Shown here: piece by piece, positions 18,069-26,307 of the stretch
Layout: each line of letters starts with the position of its first letter
How positions within the stretch are numbered: the stretch's first letter is position 1
Assembly (NCBI RefSeq): GCF_018336915.1
Contig: NZ_CP064923.1
Coordinates: 5,070,001 to 5,102,000 of the forward strand
DNA length: 32,000 nt
Source of the DNA: Acaryochloris marina S15
Lineage (GTDB): Bacteria > Cyanobacteriota > Cyanobacteriia > Thermosynechococcales > Thermosynechococcaceae
Direction of reading: 5' to 3'
Made by a program: the position numbers and the translations under genes
Notes under the pieces: generated by a model
Seen by the model: the letters and a program-made list of their open reading frames with translations, nothing else
Told to the model about the DNA's origin: nothing
Database searches by the model: none

Positions 18069-18150
18069 TCTCTAATTATGAATTATATCGGAGTTATATA
18101 AATCGGATTTGGTATCAGATGGGTCAACGGCAATTGCAATATGGCCACCG

Positions 18151-18190
18151 CAAACAAAGAACCAGTCGTTACGCGTGTACGGCTGGTTCT
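18151..18190 (-). terminator. Intrinsic terminator downstream of ORF 18239-18715
   Basis: On the minus strand, stem AGAACCAGCCG / CGACTGGTTCT pairs at 10 of 11 positions with an 11-nt loop. It is followed by TTGTTTG. A second GC-rich hairpin (CCCCGC/GCGGGG, ~18200-18228) lies between the stop codon and this stem. Confidence 0.5.
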
Positions 18191-18238
18191 CTTATCTATC
18201 CCCGCCCCCTCAAACTGGATGCGGGGCTGCAATAGGCT

Positions 18239-18715
18239 TTAAGTGGCAGCTGAGGCTGTTTCATGGGCTCCAACAGCAAGAACTAGGCAAAGTGCAGCAA
18301 CCGTTTTTTGCCATTCGAGACGTACGTTATCTTCTTCCACGCCATCAAAAGCTGACACCAAACGAGGAATGGAGCGTTGCAACGCTTTCTCTGGGATAGG
18401 GCCATGAAGTTCCACGAGGTGTGTCAGACTTTCCTGATTATTTAGAAATGCCACAACCCACTTGGTTGCATGATCAGGACTATCAGGCACCTTATCAACC
18501 CCTAACTCTTGCTTGAGCCAATCGTAAAAAGGAGGGAGCTGCTTGGCTAAGACCTGTCCAGCCGTTGGCAAGGTCTCACGAAGCAATCCTGCATTTAAGC
18601 TTCCCAATAATTCAGTTACAGCGGGTAGGGCCAAAAAGTCTGTCAGTTCTAGCGGGAGAAGACTATCGATGGTTGGAGCATCAAGCTGAAGGTATTGTTG
18701 AAAAGTGGCTTGCAT
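18239..18715 (-). CDS. Hypothetical protein (158 aa), divergently transcribed from the MarR regulator
   Basis: An intact ORF with a downstream terminator. Its start abuts the tandem palindrome at 18717-18753. I recognise no family. Confidence 0.6.
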   Translation of the reverse strand: MQATFQQYLQLDAPTIDSLLPLELTDFLALPAVTELLGSLNAGLLRETLPTAGQVLAKQLPPFYDWLKQELGVDKVPDSPDHATKWVVAFLNNQESLTHLVELHGPIPEKALQRSIPRLVSAFDGVEEDNVRLEWQKTVAALCLVLAVGAHETASAAT

Positions 18716-18716
18716 T

Positions 18717-18753
18717 ATATTTAGGACTCCTAAATTTAGGACTCCTAAATATT
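18717..18753. promoter_or_regulatory. Tandem palindromic operator-like element in the divergent MarR / hypothetical-gene intergenic region
   Basis: ATATTTAGGACTCCTAAATTTAGGACTCCTAAATATT. It holds two abutting copies of TTTAGGA-C-TCCTAAA (perfect 7-bp inverted arms). The whole 37-mer is itself nearly palindromic. Confidence 0.5.
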
Positions 18754-18855
18754 AACTATGGACGATAATTCTGTCAAAGAAATCTCATCGCAGTTCTCTC
18801 GCAAGCGTTTTAGAATTTAAGAGTGTTCGATTGCTGCAAGGAGGTGAAGGTATCT

Positions 18856-19479
18856 ATGTCAAAGGCTTCACATGATGCAACAGATCCCCCCCTACGCCAA
18901 CGGTTGGGCATAGGGCTAGAGAAAATTAGTATGGTGCTCAAGAGTCAGGCATGGCATGATGCGAACCTGCAAGGACTAACGCCTACACAAGGCAAGATCC
19001 TGACACTATTGCGAGATCGTCAACCGGTTGGCATTCGGCTGTCGGAGGTTGCTGATGTCTTGGAGGTTACTTCTCCCACTGCAAGTGATGCAGTAGCGGT
19101 TTTAAGCAAAAAGGGCTTGGTCGATAAACAACGCTCGAAAGAAGATGCCAGAGCCATCTCGATTACTTTATCCGCCAAGGGCATTCAGCAAGCAGAACAA
19201 GTGATGGGGTGGTCTGATTTTTTGCTTTCTGCTATTGATGACCTGACTGAGTTTGAACAAGAGATCTTTCTCAAAGGGCTAATCAAGATTATCCGTAGGT
19301 TGCAAGCGGAAGGCTATATCACTGTTTCACGGATGTGCTTGACCTGTCAGTTCTTCCATCCCAATCAGTATCCAGACAGTCAACATCCCCATCACTGCGG
19401 TTTTGTAGATGCTCCCTTTGGTGATAAAGATTTACGCATTGATTGTCCTGACCAGTTACCGGAAGATATAGAAATTTGA
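18856..19479 (+). CDS. MarR-family winged-helix regulator with Cys/His-rich C-terminal extension
   Basis: I prefer ATG 18856, 11 nt after a strong AAGGAGG (18838-18844), over GTG 18823 in the ORF track. The MarR wHTH is LTPTQGKILTLLRD...IRLSEVADVLEVTSPTASDAVAVLSKKGLVDKQRS. The C-terminal tail is CLTCQFFHPNQYPDSQHPHHCGFVDAPFGDKDLRIDCPD. Confidence 0.85.
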   Translation: MSKASHDATDPPLRQRLGIGLEKISMVLKSQAWHDANLQGLTPTQGKILTLLRDRQPVGIRLSEVADVLEVTSPTASDAVAVLSKKGLVDKQRSKEDARAISITLSAKGIQQAEQVMGWSDFLLSAIDDLTEFEQEIFLKGLIKIIRRLQAEGYITVSRMCLTCQFFHPNQYPDSQHPHHCGFVDAPFGDKDLRIDCPDQLPEDIEI

Positions 19480-19630
19480 AGGTCAGGTTTTAGGGTTTAT
19501 AAAGGTGGGGAATAAGATAGGCAGACCGCTGCATTGGCCTGCATTTTCTCTGCAAGCCTGGGTAAAGGCTGGTGAGGAATTCAGATAGTCTCCTGGTAAA
19601 ATCAGGGCATTACTCTCAAGCAGATAAATA

Positions 19631-20053
19631 ATGTGTATTGGCTGTTATTCCGTGCCGCTTATGGCATTGGTGTTACCTGAGCTGGAAGACTTCTCAGGGA
19701 CAACCGTTCCTTTGAGAGGTCCGTCTCAAGCAATGCCGGTTCAGTCCAAATTAAGTACATCTCAGGTCCGAGCTGAGATTGCCCAGATAACTCAGGTCCT
19801 ACCAGACTCCCCATACATTGGCGTGCTTCGAGACGCATTTAACGCCATGCATCAACGGCTAGAGAGGGTAACTAGTATGGGTGAGGCCAATATGATTGTG
19901 GGTGAAGGAATCCTAAATATTGCGAAGCAGTTGGAAACTAATCCTAATATTGATCGCGCCATCAAAATTTTAGATCCGAATCAGGCCCCTGAAGCGGAAA
20001 GGCCAGCGGATCAACCTGGACTGCTCGAACCAAATGCCTGGGGTTGGCTCTAA
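19631..20053 (+). CDS. Hypothetical protein; start uncertain
   Basis: ORF of up to 140 aa with no family recognised. Alternative starts are ATG 19661 and ATG 19733 (GAGAGG at 19714-19719). Support comes only from ORF length and its intergenic position. Confidence 0.4.
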   Translation: MCIGCYSVPLMALVLPELEDFSGTTVPLRGPSQAMPVQSKLSTSQVRAEIAQITQVLPDSPYIGVLRDAFNAMHQRLERVTSMGEANMIVGEGILNIAKQLETNPNIDRAIKILDPNQAPEAERPADQPGLLEPNAWGWL

Positions 20054-20278
20054 ATAGCAACTGATGGGTGCAGCCTGCTCTAAACCATTGGTTTATTGAA
20101 CCGTCTCTGCAAATTGATAGAGCTACCCGCTCTTTGCCACGGATTGAGCGGCAAATCTTTTGGGTATAAAGACAGTATTTTATTTCGGTAAAGTGTAGCA
20201 CTTCATATCAATGGGAATCCTAAAAAAACCGTTGTCAATTCACCTCTAGAATTAGCAATTTTTTAGGCTGCATCACCC

Positions 20279-23200
20279 ATGGATATGACTTCTTCTCAGT
20301 CTGATCGGCTGGATAATTATTACCGACAACTCAATGCCATGATTTTATCGCGGCAGCATCCGGTTAGTGGTTTGTTGCCTGCGAGCACGGCTGTCAACAT
20401 TCATGGAGACTATACGGATGCCTGGGTGCGCGACAACGTCTATAGCATTCTGGCGGTTTGGGGATTGGCCTTGGCCTACCGCAAAGATCAGTCGGATCCA
20501 GCCCGGACCTTGTTACTAGAGAAAAGTGTTGTCCGGCTGATGCGGGGGTTGTTGCGAGCGATGATGCGGCAGGCCCATAAAGTGGAGACTTTTAAACATA
20601 CTCAAGCGCCCCTAGATGCCCTCCATGCTAAGTACGATACCCCGACGGGTGATGTCGTTGTAGATGATGATGCCTGGGGACATTTACAAATTGATGCCAC
20701 CTCTTTGTTTTTGTTGATGATGGCCCAGATGACTGCTTCGGGTCTTCTGATTGTCTACAGTTTGGATGAAGTTAATTTTGTTCAAAATCTGGTTTATTAC
20801 ATTTCCCGCGCTTACCGGACGCCAGACTATGGGATTTGGGAACGGGGCAACAAAATTAATACGGGGACTGCAGAGATTAATGCTAGTTCTGTGGGCATGG
20901 CTAAGGCAGCCCTGGAGGCGATGAATGGCCTGAATATTATGGGTGAGCAGGGTGGACCTGGTGCAGTCATCCATGTGATGGCGGATGAGATTGCCCGCAC
21001 AGAAATGAAGTTGGCGGCCCTATTGCCCCGAGAATCTAAGTCGAAAGAGGTGGATGCTGCGGTTTTGAGCGTGATTGGGTTTCCGGCGTTTGCGGTGTGC
21101 GATCGCACCCTCGTAGACCGCACCCGAGCCAAAATTATCGATAAATTGCAAGGACGATACGGCTGTAAACGCTTTTTGCGAGATGGTCATCAAACCGTTC
21201 TCGAAGACCATATCCGTCTGCACTATGAAACCTGGGAACTGAAGCAGTTTGAAGATATTGAAAGCGAATGGCCGCTATTTTTCACCTATTTATTTTTAGA
21301 TAGCCTGTTCCAAGGGGATGCCACTCAAGCGACCTTCTACAGAACACGACTGCAAGATTTAGGCGTAGAGCAAGAGGGTTGGTCACTGCTGCCTGAGCTG
21401 TACATTGTGCCGGAAGACCGGATAGAAGCCGAAAAAGCTGAGCCCCATAGTCAAGATCGAGTACCCAATCAAAATATCCCTCTAGTCTGGGCGCAGAGTT
21501 TATACCTATTGGGACAACTCGTCGATGAAGGGTTGATTACTTTGGATGATATCGACCCTCTGGGCCGTCATCATCAGCCCCAAATCCTAAAGATGGGAAC
21601 TGAAACCCTGCAAGTGGCTTTACTAGCTGAAGACCCAGCTTTGCAGGCAACATTGACTGCAGCAGGGATAACCACGGAAACCTTAGAAGAGATTGCCCCG
21701 CTACAAGTTCGACCAGCCCATGATTTGACCGATATTTACCATCAGTTGGGTCAGAATCCTAAGCTAGGGCTCTCGGGAAGACCGCATAAACGGATGCGGA
21801 CTTTAATGACCTCCCATCTCTATCGGATTGCAGGGGAAAACATTGTCTTTTTGCCTTCTTTTATTGATAACCGGGAATTTTATCTGACGTTAGACATTCA
21901 CTTCCTGATCTCGCAACTTCACAGTGAATTGGCTTATTTACAGCGCTATTGGATCGCTGACCAACCGCCAACGCTGACGCTTTTACTCACTCATCGCATG
22001 ATCAAAATGGGACAGGCCCCATTGATTGAACTGTTGCAATCTTTGTCGTCAGGGGAGTCACAGATTTCGGCACAGGTTCAGGTGGGAGTATTAAGCGACT
22101 TTATAAACCGTAGTGCTGTCATTGATGTTGTGGGACTAGAACAGACGACACCTTCTCCCTCAAAGGATTATGGCGATCAGGCCCCTACCCATTATCTATC
22201 CTTTAATACAGAGCACTGTCATCCCCTGACTCATCTGCAGGAACAGACATTGGAATGGAATCAGGACATTGATACATTACTGAGTACCCTCAAACAGTCA
22301 GAGAATTTATATGAGCAGGTAGAAGTGCTGCACCTCCTGATTCATCAGCGTTCGCTAGATGACGAGATGGGTTGGGAGCAGGAACAATCGGTAACATTGC
22401 GCATTCTGTTGACCGAGGTCTATCTCAATGCCGCCCAAGCAGAGCATTGGTCAATTGTTCGGCGAGCAGCAGGTCTATTACACATGGTGGACATTAGCTT
22501 GTCCGATGCTGTGACTAATCTACTGACCCATCAGAAACAGATCCTGGTAGGACGGTCCTACACTGAGCATTCTTTAATCAACACGCCTATACCCGCACAA
22601 GCAATTGTGGCCCGAATCAATGAATTTTGTCGGGAAGATGAACGCGATCGGGTGCTTACACAGGAGATTTTGATCTATCTCGATCTGTTGATTAAATCAG
22701 AACCGCTGTTGGTGAAAGGTTTACTGACCCTTAGAATTGGCTATCTGATTTTGCTCCTCACCAGTGAGATTGCTCGGGAGCAGCAGGTTACCCACGATGA
22801 GGCCTATGAGCGGCTGACCCAACTGAGCCCCTACGATTTGAAATCTCGCTTACGCCAGGTTCTATCTGCCTATGATCAGGTGCATAAGAGTTTGCATCAA
22901 CAAGAATCGTTGCACATTGTCTGCTGTGGAGGTGAGGTGAATTGGGGACTGACTCAGCCTGTCTCTCAGGTGGATGCTGCCGAGCCAGAAAATTGGCTGG
23001 TGAAGCGCCAGGTTGAAGGGTCTCTCAATCGGGTGCCCCGAGAGTTTTACATCAAAGTCTGGCGACTCTTGAAACATACCCACGGTATTATCATTGGCGA
23101 AAAGTTGGATCGTCGGAACCGTCTCGATAGTGAGCATCTGCTGGCAGAGATGACGGAAGGGGAAACCAATTTTGCTCTGATGATTGAGCATCTGCTCAAT

Positions 23201-23500
23201 AAGATTCCAGCTCCAGAATATCGACAGCTCAATGTGGAAGCGTTGCTGGAGCTAGCCGATGTGGTGGAGGCGAATCCCGATCTGCAGTTTGATGATCATG
23301 TGGTTTTGGATGTGATTATTGGCCATGCGGTGCGGCTGGCCTGGTGGGATACCCATCCTGAGCGGGTGGCTTCCTATGATGAGGATAAAGCGAAGGCTTG
23401 GCAAGCGTTCTACAAAATGCCTTCCCAACTAAGTGGCCCCTATGTGGTGATGGCTCTCCGTTTTTTAGTGGAAGTGAGTCAGCCTGCAATGGCAGTGTAG
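20279..23500 (+). CDS. GH15-like / phosphorylase kinase alpha-beta regulatory-subunit-like protein
   Basis: 1073 aa. The N-terminal GH15-like region includes HGDYTDAWVRDNVYSILAVWGLALAY and YRTPDYGIWERGNKINTGTAEINASSVGMAKAALEAMNGLNIMG. The latter closely resembles the remembered PHKA/PHKB segment DYG.WERGDKTNQG..ELNASSVGMAKAALEA. A long helical C-terminal region follows. Confidence 0.85.
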   Translation: MDMTSSQSDRLDNYYRQLNAMILSRQHPVSGLLPASTAVNIHGDYTDAWVRDNVYSILAVWGLALAYRKDQSDPARTLLLEKSVVRLMRGLLRAMMRQAHKVETFKHTQAPLDALHAKYDTPTGDVVVDDDAWGHLQIDATSLFLLMMAQMTASGLLIVYSLDEVNFVQNLVYYISRAYRTPDYGIWERGNKINTGTAEINASSVGMAKAALEAMNGLNIMGEQGGPGAVIHVMADEIARTEMKLAALLPRESKSKEVDAAVLSVIGFPAFAVCDRTLVDRTRAKIIDKLQGRYGCKRFLRDGHQTVLEDHIRLHYETWELKQFEDIESEWPLFFTYLFLDSLFQGDATQATFYRTRLQDLGVEQEGWSLLPELYIVPEDRIEAEKAEPHSQDRVPNQNIPLVWAQSLYLLGQLVDEGLITLDDIDPLGRHHQPQILKMGTETLQVALLAEDPALQATLTAAGITTETLEEIAPLQVRPAHDLTDIYHQLGQNPKLGLSGRPHKRMRTLMTSHLYRIAGENIVFLPSFIDNREFYLTLDIHFLISQLHSELAYLQRYWIADQPPTLTLLLTHRMIKMGQAPLIELLQSLSSGESQISAQVQVGVLSDFINRSAVIDVVGLEQTTPSPSKDYGDQAPTHYLSFNTEHCHPLTHLQEQTLEWNQDIDTLLSTLKQSENLYEQVEVLHLLIHQRSLDDEMGWEQEQSVTLRILLTEVYLNAAQAEHWSIVRRAAGLLHMVDISLSDAVTNLLTHQKQILVGRSYTEHSLINTPIPAQAIVARINEFCREDERDRVLTQEILIYLDLLIKSEPLLVKGLLTLRIGYLILLLTSEIAREQQVTHDEAYERLTQLSPYDLKSRLRQVLSAYDQVHKSLHQQESLHIVCCGGEVNWGLTQPVSQVDAAEPENWLVKRQVEGSLNRVPREFYIKVWRLLKHTHGIIIGEKLDRRNRLDSEHLLAEMTEGETNFALMIEHLLNKIPAPEYRQLNVEALLELADVVEANPDLQFDDHVVLDVIIGHAVRLAWWDTHPERVASYDEDKAKAWQAFYKMPSQLSGPYVVMALRFLVEVSQPAMAV

Positions 23501-23553
23501 GGAGTGACTGACTCTCATCTAATGGTGGTCATGAAGCTCAAGAAAGCTCATTC

Positions 23554-24387
23554 TTATGAGGATTCCACCTTGGCTCCTGTGTGACGTAGTTTCTGGAAGC
23601 GGCGAATCAAATATGCGGCAAGGACAAAGAACGGTGCCCAGGCAATGAAAAAGAGAAAAAATGCTGGCGAAAATGGACCTGGCTGATTGCCCACATATGC
23701 TGTGGTCGAGAGATCATCGCCATTAACCAGGATGGCGATGGCGGGTCCAAATCCCTGCAAAGCCCCCCACCAACTATATCCTGCCAAGCAGCTCATCCCA
23801 AAACGATGTCGTGCCACATCTGCCTCACGGTTATTCATCGAGGGAGAAGGGGGTTGTGCCATGACGAACACAATCAGGATAAATGTCCAGATCATCCACA
23901 AGGCACCTGTCCACGGATTGAGTCGCAAGGTGATGATGGCGGTGAGGGATAGTCCGGTGCCGACCAACAAACTAGGGACTACTGAAGCGGCTTGCTCCCT
24001 TGACTGCCGACCAAATATACGAGGTGGGGTCACCTCTCGGAGCATGTAAAGAACACAGACCCCCACAAACATGAAACCCAAACGAGCGGGATAAGTCGCA
24101 GGCATGGTATACCCCGCATATTTCATATGGTTTTCTTCCACGAAAAAACCGAGTCGGACAATATCAAGGGCAATACCTGTTAACGCTATGGTAGCCATCG
24201 ACCAGGCAAAAAATCGTCCAGAGCGCAGGTGTAATTTACTGCCTTTGCGAGCTAGGAAAGCCACCATGGCAGAGATAGGGGCCATCACTGCAGGAATGAT
24301 GTGAAGTAGCAGAACGATCAAGAACAGCGAGTTGGCTAAGGCACTCCCGTAAATGACAGGCTTATGCAGCAAAAACGTTGATCCCAC
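23554..24387 (-). CDS. Polytopic integral membrane protein, unknown function
   Basis: 277 aa with about 7-8 hydrophobic segments, for example ALANSLFLIVLLLHIIPAVMAPISAMVAFL, LGFMFVGVCVLYML, ALWMIWTFILIVFVMA and FFLFFIAWAPFFVLAAYLI. Confidence 0.7.
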   Translation of the reverse strand: MGSTFLLHKPVIYGSALANSLFLIVLLLHIIPAVMAPISAMVAFLARKGSKLHLRSGRFFAWSMATIALTGIALDIVRLGFFVEENHMKYAGYTMPATYPARLGFMFVGVCVLYMLREVTPPRIFGRQSREQAASVVPSLLVGTGLSLTAIITLRLNPWTGALWMIWTFILIVFVMAQPPSPSMNNREADVARHRFGMSCLAGYSWWGALQGFGPAIAILVNGDDLSTTAYVGNQPGPFSPAFFLFFIAWAPFFVLAAYLIRRFQKLRHTGAKVESS

Positions 24388-24552
24388 CTTTTAACTCCAC
24401 GCTATTTGGGAATGAAGCATTCTTGGCAATTTTACTTGCCCATAATCCCAGATGCCCCCTGTCCAACAGCTATTAAGTGGTCGGTATATAGACTCTTTTT
24501 AGGCTGTACTTTCAACTGTATACAATGCCTGAAATCTTTGGACAGGAGGATT

Positions 24553-25176
24553 TTAATTATCGAGAAAATCCTCAAAGGACTGACTACTCAGCCCCAAATC
24601 TTCAAATGTTGCTAATTCCCTCCGAGTCAGGGGATAAGGCATTTGACCCGGTGGATCTGTTTCTTCACGACCTCTCGCAATCACTAAGAGTTGGCCCAGT
24701 GGGGCTATTAAGGTACTGATTTTTGAGATGGCAACAGAGCGTAACGCTGGGGGAAAGACTTGTAAGGTATAGGATTCTAAAACAAAGTCAAGTCCTTGAG
24801 ACCCAATAGCTGGAGGGTTTAGCACATCTGCAACTTGGTAGGATGCCGGTGAATTGGGGAAGCGTTGGTTACACTGTGCGATCGCATCTGGCGAAACATC
24901 AAAAGCCACAACATCAAACCCCAACTCCGCCAAAAACTCAGCATCATCTCCATAGCCACAACCGACTACCAGAGCCGTTTTGCCTACCCCCTTTAATTCC
25001 TGGGCAATGCTCCAATCGACTAAGTTTGGATTGGGGGCCAAATCAGCCCAAGGCACAGCAGCATAATCATTCCCAGCTTCAGCATAGAGAGCTTCAAACC
25101 ATCCTTTGGCATCGGCACGGGCCAGAAACTCTGATGCCAATTGTTGGGCACGGTGACGAAACATAATGGGCAACAA
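24553..25176 (-). CDS. Class I SAM-dependent methyltransferase
   Basis: 207 aa. SAM-binding motif I is ALVVGCGYGDDAEFLAELGFDVVAFDVSPDAI. The start lies 5 nt after the bciA-like stop, so the two genes are probably co-transcribed. Confidence 0.8.
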   Translation of the reverse strand: MLPIMFRHRAQQLASEFLARADAKGWFEALYAEAGNDYAAVPWADLAPNPNLVDWSIAQELKGVGKTALVVGCGYGDDAEFLAELGFDVVAFDVSPDAIAQCNQRFPNSPASYQVADVLNPPAIGSQGLDFVLESYTLQVFPPALRSVAISKISTLIAPLGQLLVIARGREETDPPGQMPYPLTRRELATFEDLGLSSQSFEDFLDN

Positions 25177-25181
25177 TTAGC

Positions 25182-26192
25182 TTAGAATACGGCGAAGTCA
25201 CCCCGTTCAGCGGCTTCGCTGCCGTCAACAAGGCGCTGATAATACTCAAATAGAGTATCTGTGCCTGTTTCAGGGGTTGCATCAGCATCGTAAAGCCCCG
25301 TCTCGGTATCTAGCACCAACATCGATTCTGTGGCATAGTAATGTCCGATGCGTGCTAACTCAGCTTTGACAACCAAACTCGGCACAATCTTGGCAACCCC
25401 GCCCATCAACGTCGCTGCCCCACTCAAGATTCCAGGCGGTACGCTTTTGAAGCGAGGTGGGCAGTCCAGCAGTTTAAACAGGTATTCTCCTTGTTCTAAA
25501 GGCGTAAGAGCAGGTCCAGGCCCGCCGATCGGCAGAATTTTGTTTTGCAGTGAAGCGTCTTCTAGACAATCCACAATGTAGGCTGCTAAATCTGGATCAC
25601 TGATCGGTTTGCAAGCGGTCAATTTACCATCACCAAACAGATAAAACGGCTTCCCGTTCTGAATCTTGGCCACCTGCCCAGCTAGGGATTTGAAGTAGGC
25701 GGTGGGTCGGACAATGGAATAGATTAGCCCGGATTCTCTCAGGGCTTTTTCAAAGGCAAGCTTGGCATGTTGAAACGCAAGGCGCGGCTTTTGCACACAG
25801 ATGGCTGACAACAGCACTATCTGCTTCACCTCAGATTCTTTCGCCAAGGAGAGAACGTCCATATGGGCTTGATAGTCAATGGCCCAGGTGTCATCTGGCT
25901 CTCCTGTCCGTGAGGCCAAGCAGGATACCACTCCATAGAACGGTTGATTACGGAAAACTTGCTCAGCAAGGAACTTAGGATCTTTGACATCGCCGAAGCA
26001 TACCTCAGCACCTTGTAGAAGCTGGGCAGTTTTTTCTTGGGTTAATTGCCCGCCAACCCCCGCCTGTTGTCGAGAAATACAAACAACTTTGTAACCGCGC
26101 TTCACCAACGCGGCAACGGTGGCTCGCCCAATCGTACCTGTGCCGCCTAATACCAAAATGCGACGTGTCTCTGAAGTGCTAGCGTCAGTCAT
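25182..26192 (-). CDS. bciA: NADPH-dependent divinyl chlorophyllide 8-vinyl reductase, plant/BciA type (atypical SDR)
   Basis: 336 aa with the Rossmann motif VLGGTGTIGRATVAALVKRGYKV. Long blocks match my recollection of plant DVR (At5g18660): VVSCLASRTG, LLSAICVQKP, YSIVRPTAYFKSLAGQV, FGDGKLTACKPISDPDLAAYI, LPIGGPGPALTPLEQGE and IGHYYATESMLVLD. Confidence 0.75.
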   Translation of the reverse strand: MTDASTSETRRILVLGGTGTIGRATVAALVKRGYKVVCISRQQAGVGGQLTQEKTAQLLQGAEVCFGDVKDPKFLAEQVFRNQPFYGVVSCLASRTGEPDDTWAIDYQAHMDVLSLAKESEVKQIVLLSAICVQKPRLAFQHAKLAFEKALRESGLIYSIVRPTAYFKSLAGQVAKIQNGKPFYLFGDGKLTACKPISDPDLAAYIVDCLEDASLQNKILPIGGPGPALTPLEQGEYLFKLLDCPPRFKSVPPGILSGAATLMGGVAKIVPSLVVKAELARIGHYYATESMLVLDTETGLYDADATPETGTDTLFEYYQRLVDGSEAAERGDFAVF

Positions 26193-26299
26193 AGGTAATC
26201 AATGCTGTTTTGCAGGACTATATTCGTAGCCTACCAGTTACTAGCTTCTAACCAATAGTTTCACTGATGAGGACAGAAAACTAAAACACAAAACGAATA

Positions 26300-26307
26300 G
26301 ATTTTGG
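26300..26307. repeat. Target-site duplication (left copy) of the ISL3 element
   Basis: GATTTTGG directly abuts the left inverted repeat. It is identical to 27695-27702. Confidence 0.85.

Larger units (their letters stand above)
16971..18112 (-). mobile_element. IS630-family insertion sequence (1142 bp) flanked by duplicated TA
   Basis: The terminal inverted repeats are CCAAATCCGACTTATTAACC (16971-16990) and the reverse complement of 18093-18112, CCAAATCCGATTTATATAAC (16 of 20 match). TA lies at 16969-16970 and 18113-18114. Two overlapping transposase ORFs lie inside. Confidence 0.85.

Noticed and set aside
16907-18242. A 64-codon plus-strand ORF (MPLAAELVIRISGEESDYQNH-IRWVNGNCNMATANKEPVV...) that becomes continuous when the IS630 and one TA are removed
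   Set aside because: It is tempting as a second IS-disrupted gene. However, it has no recognisable motifs, runs straight through the terminator hairpins of the convergent 158-aa gene, and a short open frame across a junction is expected by chance about one time in three.
18109-18399. 96-aa plus-strand ORF next to the IS630 right end
   Set aside because: It begins within the last 4 nt of the IS630 right inverted repeat (18109-18112). It crosses two terminator hairpins and then runs antisense to the 158-aa gene, with no motifs.
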